In this document: piece after piece, positions 1 through 10,367 of the stretch | Layout: every line of letters starts with the position of its first letter | Position numbering within the stretch: the first letter of the stretch is position 1 | NCBI GenBank assembly: GCA_964016885.1 | Contig: OZ024742.1 | Span: 168,020,001 to 168,084,000, forward strand | Reading direction: 5' to 3' | Source of the DNA: Eledone cirrhosa | Lineage: Eukaryota | DNA length: 64,000 nucleotides | Program-made: the position numbers and the translations under genes | The notes under the pieces: generated by a model | What the model was told of the DNA's origin: nothing | The model's input: the letters and a program-made list of their open reading frames with translations, nothing else | Databases searched by the model: none

Positions 1-428
1 CCATTAAAAAAAATCCATTAAAAAAATCCATTTAAAAATTCCATTAAAAAAAATCCATTAAAAAAAATCCATAAAAAAATCCATTAAAAAAATCCATTAA
101 AAAATCCATTAAAAAAAAATCCATTAAAAATCCATTAAAAAAATCCATTTAAAAAATCCATTAAAAAATCCATTAAAAATCCATTAAAAATCCATTAAAA
201 ATCCATTAAAAAATCCATTAAAAAAACCCATTTAAAAAATCCATTAAAAAAATCCATTTAAAAAATCCATTAAAAAAAATCCATTTAAAAAAACCCATTA
301 AAAAAAATCCATTAAAAAAATCCATTTAAAAAATCCATTAAAAAAAATCCATTAAAAAAAATCCATAAAAAAAATCCATTAAAAAAAATCCATTATAAAA
401 AAATCCGTTAAAAAAAATCCATTAAAAA

Positions 429-634
429 CTCAATCAAAAACCCAATTAAAAGGCCATAAAAGAAACATTAAAACAGCATTTAAAATACCATTAAAAACGC
501 CATAAAAAATCATTAAAATTGTTTTTTATGAAATTTATAATATGGCTTTTAATGAACTTTTTAATGGGCTTTTAGAATCATTAAAATCCCATTAAAAATA
601 CATTAAAGGCCCATTAAAAACGCCATAAAAAATC
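429..634 (+). repeat. Full ~206-bp interspersed cassette (type copy; about 41 copies in the window)
   Basis: Sequence is CTCAATCAAAAACCCAATTAAAAGGCCATAAAAGAAACATTAAAACAGCATTTAAAATACCATTAAAAACGCCATAAAAAATCATTAAAAT-[56-bp inverted segment]-AATCATTAAAATCCCATTAAAAATACATTAAAGGCCCATTAAAAACGCCATAAAAAATC. The diagnostic TT(G/C)TTTTTTATGAAATTTATAA core lies near 521, 2261, 3707, 5693, 6403, 8175, 9742, 11212, 11922, 13856, 14566, 16500, 18066, 18828, 20817, 21339, 26825, 28831, 31044, 32610, 33376, 35391, 35911, 36827, 37359, 38829, 39939, 40471, 41941, 44592, 46147, 48275, 48786, 49729, 50237, 51718, 53223, 53744, 55853, 62629 and 63977 (the last is cut by the window end). Confidence 0.96.
520..575 (-). 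repeat. 56-bp reverse-orientation satellite segment inside the cassette
   Basis: The + strand reads TGTTTTTTATGAAATTTATAATATGGCTTTTAATGAACTTTTTAATGGGCTTTTAG. Its reverse complement, CTAAAAGCCCATTAAAAAGTTCATTAAAAGCCATATTATAAATTTCATAAAAAACA, is about 4-5 diverged CCATT-A-tract monomers. It is flanked by the direct repeat AATCATTAAAAT at 508-519 and 576-587. Confidence 0.93.
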
Positions 635-3278
635 CATTAAAAAAAATCCATTAAAAAAAAATTCAATCAAAAACCCATAAAAGAAACATTAAAACAGCAT
701 TTAAAAAACCCATTAAAAATTCATTAAAAAAATCCATTTAAAAAATCCATTAAAAATCCATTAAAAATCCATTAAAAATCCATTAAAAATCCATTAAAAA
801 AAAATCCATTAAAAAAATCCATTAAAAAATCCATTTAAAAAATCCATTAAAAAAAATCCATTAAAAAAAACTCAATGAAAAACCCATAAAAGAAACATTA
901 AAACAGCATTTAAAAAATCCATTAAAAAAAATCCATTTAAAAAAATCCATTAAAAAAGCCATTAAAAATCCATTAAAAATCCATTAAAAATCCATTAAAA
1001 ATCCATTAAAAATCCATTAAAAATCCATTAAAAAATCCATCTAAAAAAATCCATTAAAAAAATCCATTAAAAAAATTCATTTAAAAAATCCATTAAAAAA
1101 ATCCATTTAAAAAATCCATTAAAAAAAATCCATTAAAAAAAATCCATAAAAAAAATCCATTAAAAAAAATCCATTAAAAAAAATCCGTTAAAAAAAATCT
1201 ATTAAAAATCCATTAAAAATCCATTAAAAATCCATTAAAATTCCATTAAAAATCCATTAAAAATCCATTAAAAAATCCATTTAAAAAAATCCATTAAAAA
1301 AATCCATTAAAAAAATCCATTTAAAAAATCCATTAAAAAAAAATCCATTAAAAAAAAATCCATTAAAAAAAAATCCATTAAAAAAAATCCATTAAAAATC
1401 CATTAAAAAAATCCATTTAAAAAAATCCATTAAAAACCCATTAAAAATCCATTAAAAATCCATTAAAAAATCCATTTAAAAAACCCATTAAAAAAAATCC
1501 ATTAAAAAAATCCATTTAAAAAATCCATTTAAAAAATCCATTAAAAAAAATCCATTAAAAAAGTCCATTTAAAAAATCCATTAAAAAAATCCATTAAAAA
1601 AAATCCTTAAAAAAATCCATTAAAAAAATCCATTAAAAAAACCCATTAAAAAAATCCATTAAAAAAAATCCATTAAAAAAATCCATTTAAAAAATCCATT
1701 AAAAAAATCCATTAAAAAAATCCTTAAAATCCATTAAAAAATCCATTAAAAAAATCCATTAAAAATCCATTAAAAAAATCCATTTAAAAAAATCCATTAA
1801 AAATCCATTAAAAACCCATTAATAATCCATTAAAAATCCATTAAAAATCCATTAAAAAATCCATTTAAAAAACCCATTAAAAAAATCCATAAAAAAAAAT
1901 ACACTAAAAAAATCCATTAAAAAAAATCCATTTAAAAAAACCCATTAAAAAAATCCATTAAAAATCCATTAAAAATCCATTAAAAATCCATTAAAAATCC
2001 ATTAAAAATCCATTAAAAAATCCAATTAAAAAAATCCATTAAAAAAATCCATTAAAAAATCCATTTAAAAAATCCATTAAAAAAAATCCATTAAAAAAAA
2101 TCCATTAAAAAAAAATCCATTAAAAAAAATCCATTAAAAAAAAAATCCGTTAAAAAAATCCATTAAAAACTCAATCAAAAACCCAATTAAAAGGCCATAA
2201 AAGAAACATTAAAACAGCATTTAAAATACCATTAAAAACGCCATAAAAATCATTAAAATTCTTTTTTATGAAATTTATAATATGGCTTTTAATGAACTTT
2301 TTAATGGGCTTTTAGAATCATTAAAATCCCATTAAAAATACATTAAAGGCCCATTAAAAACGCCATAAAAAATCCATTAAAAAAAATCCATTAAAAAAAA
2401 ATTCAATCAAAAACCCATAAAAGAAACATTAAAACGGCATTTAAAAAACCCATTAAAAATTCATTAAAAAAATCCATTTAAAAAATCCATTAAAAATCCA
2501 TTAAAAATCCATTAAAAATCCATTAAAAATCCATTAAAAAAAAATCCATTAAAAAAATCCATTAAAAAATCCATTTAAAAAATCCATTAAAAAAAATCCA
2601 TTAAAAAAAACTCAATCAAAAACCCATAAAAGAAACATTAAAACATCATTTAAAAAATCCATTAAAAAAAATCCATTTAAAAAAATCCATTAAAAAAGCC
2701 ATTAAAAATCCATTAAAAATCCATTAAAAATCCATTAAAAATCCATTAAAAATCCATTAAAAATCCATTAAAAATCCATCTAAAAAAATCCATCTAAAAA
2801 AATCCATTAAAAAAATCCATTAAAAAAATTCATTTAAAAAATCCATAAAAAAAATCCATTTAAAAAATCCATTAAAAAAAATCCATTAAAAAAAAATCCA
2901 TAAAAAAAATCCATTAAAAAAAATCCATTAAAAAAAATCCGTTAAAAAAAATCTATTAAAAACCCATTAAAAATCCATTAAAAATCCATTAAAAATCCAT
3001 TAAAAATCCATTAAAAATCCATTAAAAATCCATTAAAAAATCTATTTAAAAAAATCCATTAAAAAAATCCATTAAAAAAATCCATTTAAAAAATCCATTA
3101 AAAAAAATCCATTAAAAAAAAATCCATTAAAAAAAAATCCATTAAAAAAAATCAATTTAAAAAAATCCATTAAAAATCCATTAAAAATCCGTTAAAAAAT
3201 CCATTTAAAAAAATCCATTAAAAAATTCATTAAAAAAATCCATTTAAAAAATCCATTAAAAAAAATCCATTAAAAAAA

Positions 3279-3319
3279 CTCAATCAAAAACCCATAAAAG
3301 AAACATTAAAACAGCATTT
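3279..3319 (+). repeat. 41-bp mini-module (C/T)TCAATCAAAAACCCATAAAAGAAACATTAAAAC(A/G)GCATTT (type copy; dozens of copies)
   Basis: It equals the 5' end of the cassette minus the 12-bp monomer ATTAAAAGGCCA. It follows nearly every cassette after 1-3 monomers and also occurs alone, including in the cassette-free domains (e.g. ~22526, ~23721, ~24998, ~26083). Confidence 0.92.
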
Positions 3320-4599
3320 AAAAAATCCATTAAAAAAATCCATTTAAAAAAATCCATTAAAAAATCCATTAAAAAATCCATTAAAAATCCATTAAAAATC
3401 CATTAAAAATCCATTAAAAATCCATTAAAAATCCATTAAAAATCCATTAAAAATCCATTAAAAAATCCAATTAAAAAAATCCATTAAAAAAATCCATTAA
3501 AAAATCCATTTAAAAAATCCATTAAAAAAAATCCATTAAAAAAAATCCATTAAAAAAAAATCCATTAAAAAAAATCCATTAAAAAAAAAATCCGTTAAAA
3601 AAATCCATTAAAAACTCAATCAAAAACCCAATTAAAAGGCCATAAAAGAAACATTAAAACAGCATTTAAAATACCATTAAAAACGCCATAAAAAATCATT
3701 AAAATTCTTTTTTATGAAATTTATAATATGGCTTTTAATGAACTTTTTAATGGGCTTTTAGAATCATTAAAATCCCATTAAAAATACATTAAAGGCCCAT
3801 TAAAAACGCCATAAAAAATCCATTAAAAAAAATCCATTAAAAAAAAATTCAATCAAAAACCCATAAAAGAAACATTAAAACGGCATTTAAAAAACCCATT
3901 AAAAATTCATTAAAAAAATCCATTTAAAAAATCCATTAAAAATCCATTAAAAATCCATTAAAAATCCATTAAAAATCCATTAAAAAAAAATCCATTAAAA
4001 AAATCCATTAAAAAATCCATTTATAAAATCCATTAAAAAAAATCCATTAAAAAAAACTCAATCAAAAACCCATAAAAGAAACATTAAAACAGCATTTAAA
4101 AAATCCATTAAAAAAAATCCATTTAAAAAAATCCATTAAAAAAGCCATTAAAAATCCATTAAAAATCCATTAAAAATCCATTAAAAATCCATTAAAAATC
4201 CATTAAAAAAAATCCGTTAAAAAAAATCTATTAAAAATCCATTAAAAATCCATTAAAAATCCATTAAAAATCCATTAAAAATCCATTAAAAATCCATTAA
4301 AAAATCCATTTAAAAAAATCCATTAAAAAAATCCATTAAAAAAATCCATTTAAAAAATCCATTAAAAAAAATCCATTAAAAAAAAATCCATTAAAAAAAA
4401 AATCCATTAAAAAAAATCAATTTAAAAAAATCCATTAAAAATCCATTAAAAAAATCCATTTAAAAAAATCCATTAAAAACCCATTAAAAATCCATTAGAA
4501 ATCCATTAAAAAATCCATTTAAAAAACCCATTAAAAAAAATCCATTAAAAAAATCCATTTAAAAAATCCATTAAAAAAATCCATTAAAAAAAATCCATT

Positions 4600-7500
4600 T
4601 AAAAAAATCCATTAAAAACCCATTAAAAATCCATTAGAAATCCATTAAAAAATCCATTTAAAAAACCCATTAAAAAAAACCCATTAAAAAAATCCATAAA
4701 AAAAAATCCATTAAAAAAATCCATTAAAAAAAATCCATTTAAAAAACCCATTAAAAAAATACATTAAAAAAATCCATTTAAAAAATCCATTAAAAAAATC
4801 CATTAAAAAAAAATCCATAAAAAAATCCATTAAAAAAAATCCATTAAAACTCAATCAAAAACCCAATTAAAAGGCCATAAAAGAAACATTAAAACAGCAT
4901 TTAAAATACCATTAAAAACGCCATAAAAAATCATTAAAATCCCATTAAAAATACATTAAAGGCCCATTAAAAACGCCATAAAAAATCCATTAAAAAAAAC
5001 TCAATCAAAAACCCATAAAAGAAACATTAAAACAGCATTTAAAAAACCCATTAAAAATTCATTAAAAAAATCCATTTAAAAAATCCATTAAAAATCCATT
5101 AAAATCCATTAAAAATCCATTAAAAATCCATTAAAAGTCCATTAAAAATTCATTAAAAAATCCATTTAAAAAAATCCATTAAAAAAATCCATTAAAAAAT
5201 CCATTTAAAAAATCCATTAAAAAAATCCATTAAAAAAAATCCATAAAAAAATCCATTAAAAAAATCCATTAAAAAATCCATTAAAAAAAAATCCATTAAA
5301 AATCCATTAAAAAAATCCATTTAAAAAATCCATTAAAAAATCCATTAAAAATCCATTAAAAATCCATTAAAAATCCATTAAAAAATCCATTAAAAAAACC
5401 CATTTAAAAAATCCATTAAAAAAATCCATTTAAAAAATCCATTAAAAAAAATCCATTTAAAAAAACCCATTAAAAAAAATCCATTAAAAAAATCCATTTA
5501 AAAAATCCAGTAAAAAAAATCCATTAAAAAAAATCCATAAAAAAAATCCATTAAAAAAAATTCATTAAAAAAAAATCCGTTAAAAAAAATCCATTAAAAA
5601 CTCAATCAAAAACCCAATTAAAAGGCCATAAAAGAAATATTAAAACAGCATTTAAAATACCATTAAAAACGCCATAAAAAATCATTAAAATTGTTTTTTA
5701 TGAAATTTATAATATGGCTTTTAATGAACTTTTTAATGGGCTTTTAGAATCATTAAAATCCCATTAAAAATACATTAAAGGCCCATTAAAAACGCCATAA
5801 AAAATCCATTAAAAAAAATCCATTAAAAAAAAACTCAATCAAAAACCCATAAAAGAAACATTAAAACAGCATTTAAAAAATCCATTAAAAAAAATCCATT
5901 TAAAAAAATCCATTAAAAAAGCCATTAAAAATCCATTAAAAATCCATTAAAAATCCATTAAAAATCCATTAAAAATCCATTAAAATCCATTAAAAATCCA
6001 TTAAAAATCCATTAAAAAATCCATCTAAAAAAATCCATTAAAAAAATCCATTAAAAAAATTCATTTAAAAAATCCATTAAAAAAATCCATTTAAAAAATC
6101 CATTAAAAAAAATCCATTAAAAAAAATCCATAAAAAAAATCCATTAAAAAAAATCCATTAAAAAAAATCCGTTAAAAAAAATCTATTAAAAATCCATTAA
6201 AAATCCATTAAAAATCCATTAAAATTCCATTAAAAATCCATTAAAAATCCATTAAAAAATCCATTTAAAAAAATCCATTAAAAAAATCCATTAAAAAAAT
6301 CCATTAAAAACTCAATCAAAAACCCAATTAAAAGGCCATAAAAGAAACATTAAAACAGCATTTAAAATACCATTAAAAACGCCATAAAAAATCATTAAAA
6401 TTCTTTTTTATGAAATTTATAATATGGCTTTTAATGAACTTTTTAATGGGCTTTTAGAATCATTAAAATCCCATTAAAAATACATTAAAGGCCCATTAAA
6501 AACGCCATAAAAAATCCATTAAAAAAAATCCATTAAAAAAAAATTCAATCAAAAACCCATAAAAGAAACATTAAAACGGCATTTAAAAAACCCATTAAAA
6601 ATTCATTAAAAAAATCCATTTAAAAAATCCATTAAAAATCCATTAAAAATCCATTAAAAATCCATTAAAAATCCATTAAAAAAAATCCATTAAAAAAATC
6701 CATTAAAAAATCCATTTAAAAAATCCATTAAAAAAAATCCATTAAAAAAATCCATTAAAAAAATCCATTAAAAAAAATCCATTAAAAAAAAATCCATAAA
6801 AAAAATCCATTAAAAAAAATCCATTAAAAAAAATCCGTTAAAAAAAATCTATTAAAAACCCATTAAAAATCCATTAAAAATCCATTAAAAATCCATTAAA
6901 AATCCATTAAAAATCCATTAAAAAATCTATTTAAAAAAATCCATTAAAAAAATCCATTAAAAAAATCCATTTAAAAAATCCATTAAAAAAAATCCATTAA
7001 AAAAAAATCCATTAAAAAAAAATCCATTAAAAAAAATCAATTTAAAAAAATCCATTAAAAATCCATTAAAAAATCCATTTAAAAAAATCCATTAAAAACC
7101 CATTAAAAATCCATTAGAAATCCATTAAAAAATCCATTTAAAAAACCCATTAAAAAAAACCCATTAAAAAAATCCATAAAAAAAAATCCATTAAAAAAAT
7201 CCATTAAAAAAAATCCATTTAAAAAACCCATTAAAAAAATACATTAAAAAAATCCATTTAAAAAATCCATTAAAAAAATCCATTAAAAAAAAATCCATAA
7301 AAAAAATCCATTAAAAAAAATCCATTAAAACTCAATCAAAAACCCAATTAAAAGGCCATAAAAGAAACATTAAAACAGCATTTAAAATACCATTAAAAAC
7401 GCCATAAAAAATCATTAAAATCCCATTAAAAATACATTAAAGGCCCATTAAAAACGCCATAAAAAATCCATTAAAAAAAACTAAATCAAAAACCCATAAA

Positions 7501-8780
7501 AGAAACATTAAAACAGCATTTAAAAAACCCATTAAAAATTCATTAAAAAAATCCATTTAAAAAATCCATTAAAAATCCATTAAAATCCATTAAAAATCCA
7601 TTAAAAATCCATTAAAAGTCCATTAAAAATTCATTAAAAAATCCATTTAAAAAAATCCATTAAAAAAATCCATTAAAAAATCCATTTAAAAAATCCATTA
7701 AAAAAAATCCATTAAAAAAAATCCATAAAAAAATCCATTAAAAAAATCCATTAAAAAATCCATTAAAAAAAAATCCATTAAAAATCCATTAAAAAAATCC
7801 ATTTAAAAAATCCATTAAAAAATCCATTAAAAATCCATTAAAAATCCATTAAAAATCCATTAAAAAATCCATTAAAAAAACCCATTTAAAAAATCCATTA
7901 AAAAAATCCATTTAAAAAATCCATTAAAAAAAATCCATTTAAAAAAACCCATTAAAAAAAATCCATTAAAAAAATCCATTTAAAAAATCCAGTAAAAAAA
8001 ATCCATTAAAAAAAATCCATAAAAAAAATCCATTAAAAAAAATTCATTAAAAAAAAATCCGTTAAAAAAAATCCATTAAAAACTCAATCAAAAACCCAAT
8101 TAAAAGGCCATAAAAGAAATATTAAAACAGCATTTAAAATACCATTAAAAACGCCATAAAAAATCATTAAAATTGTTTTTTATGAAATTTATAATATGGC
8201 TTTTAATGAACTTTTTAATGGGCTTTTAGAATCATTAAAATCCCATTAAAAATACATTAAAGGCCCATTAAAAACGCCATAAAAAATCCATTAAAAAAAA
8301 TCCATTAAAAAAAAACTCAATCAAAAACCCATAAAAGAAACATTAAAACAGCATTTAAAAAATCCATTAAAAAAAATCCATTTAAAAAAATCCATTAAAA
8401 AAGCCATTAAAAATCCATTAAAAATCCATTAAAAATCCATTAAAAATCCATTAAAAATCCATTAAAATCCATTAAAAATCCATTAAAAATCCATTAAAAA
8501 ATCCATCTAAAAAAATCCATTAAAAAAATCCATTAAAAAAATTCATTTAAAAAATCCATTAAAAAAATCCATTTAAAAAATCCATTAAAAAAAATCCATT
8601 AAAAAAAATCCATAAAAAAAATCCATTAAAAAAAATCCATTAAAAAAAATCCGTTAAAAAAAATCTATTAAAAATCCATTAAAAATCCATTAAAAATCCA
8701 TTAAAATTCCATTAAAAATCCATTAAAAATCCATTAAAAAATCCATTTAAAAAAATCCATTAAAAAAATCCATTAAAAAA
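4600..8780 (+). repeat. Higher-order duplication, offset ~2481 bp
   Basis: Empty cassettes at 4850 and 7331, plus AAAAGTCC, CCAGT and AGAAATATT variants, recur at the same offset. Ends are approximate. Confidence 0.8.
4850..4987 (+). repeat. 'Empty' 138-bp cassette lacking the inverted segment (type copy; about 11 copies)
   Basis: Same as the full cassette but reads ...CGCCATAAAAAATCATTAAAATCCCATTAAAAATAC..., with a single AATCATTAAAAT. Copies start near 4850, 7331, 10368, 13012, 15656, 20091, 30225, 34640, 43747, 47632 and 55309. Confidence 0.93.
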
Positions 8781-10367
8781 ATCCATTTAAAAAATCCATT
8801 AAAAAAAAATCCATTAAAAAAAAATCCATTAAAAAAAAATCCATTAAAAAAAATCCATTAAAAATCCATTAAAAAAATCCATTTAAAAAAATCCATTAAA
8901 AACCCATTAAAAATCCATTAAAAATCCATTAAAAAATCCATTTAAAAAACCCATTAAAAAAAATCCATTAAAAAAATCCATTTAAAAAATCCATTAAAAA
9001 AATCCATTAAAAAAAATCCATTAAAAAAGTCCATTTAAAAAATCCATTAAAAAAATCCATTAAAAAAAATCCTTAAAAAAATCCATTAAAAAAATCCATT
9101 AAAAAAATCCATTAAAAAAATCCATTAAAAAAAATCCATTAAAAAAATCCATTTAAAAAATCCATTAAAAAAATCCATTAAAAAAATCCTTAAAATCCAT
9201 TAAAAAAATCCATTAAAAAAATCCATTAAAAAAATCCATTAAAAATCCATTAAAAAAATCCATTTAAAAAAATCCATTAAAAATCCATTAAAAACCCATT
9301 AATAATCCATTAAAAATCCATTAAAAATCCATTAAAAAATCCATTTAAAAAACCCATTAAAAAAATCCATAAAAAAAAATCCACTAAAAAAATCCATTAA
9401 AAAAAATCCATTTAAAAAAACCCATTAAAAAAATCCATTAAAAATCCATTAAAAATCCATTAAAAATCCATTAAAAATCCATTAAAAATCCATTAAAAAA
9501 TCCAATTAAAAAAATCCATTAAAAAAATCCATTAAAAAATCCATTTAAAAAATCCATTAAAAAAAATCCATTAAAAAAAATCCATTAAAAAAAAATCCAT
9601 TAAAAAAAATCCATTAAAAAAAAAATCCGTTAAAAAAATCCATTAAAAACTCAATCAAAAACCCAATTAAAAGGCCATAAAAGAAACATTAAAACAGCAT
9701 TTAAAATACCATTAAAAACGCCATAAAAAATCATTAAAATTGTTTTTTATGAAATTTATAATATGGCTTTTAATGAACTTTTTAATGGGCTTTTAGAATC
9801 ATTAAAATCCCATTAAAAATACATTAAAGGCCCATTAAAAACGCCATAAAAAATCCATTAAAAAAAATCCATTAAAAAAAAATTCAATCAAAAACCCATA
9901 AAAGAAACATTAAAACGGCATTTAAAAAACCCATTAAAAATTCATTAAAAAAATCCATTTAAAAAATCCATTAAAAATCCATTAAAAATCCATTAAAAAT
10001 CCATTAAAAATCCATTAAAAAAATCCATTAAAAAAATCCATTAAAAAATCCATTTAAAAAATCCATTAAAAAAAATCCATTAAAAAAAACTCAATCAAAA
10101 ACCCATAAAAGAAACATTAAAACATCATATAAAAAATCCAGTAAAAAAAATCCATTTAAAAAAATCCATTAAAAAAATCCATTAAAAAAATCCATTTAAA
10201 AAATCCATTAAAAAAAATCCATTAAAAAAAAATCCATTAAAAAAAAAATCCATTAAAAAAAATCAATTTAAAAAAATCCATTAAAAAAATCCATTTAAAA
10301 AATCCATTAAAAAAATCCATTAAAAAAAAATCCATAAAAAAAATCCATTAAAAAAAATCCATTAAAA

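Noticed and set aside
536-541. TATAAT (-10 box or TATA-like) in the cassette
   Set aside because: Expected by chance at this AT content. There is no -35 element and no downstream gene.
520-575. MITE or other active transposon with target-site duplication
   Set aside because: It has no convincing terminal inverted repeats, is made of the satellite itself in reverse, and always occupies the same site. It is reported as a finding, not called a mobile element.
558-620. Rho-independent terminator or structured ncRNA/tRNA
   Set aside because: The stem is AT-rich with a 29-nt loop, there is no upstream gene and no cloverleaf, and the context is a satellite.
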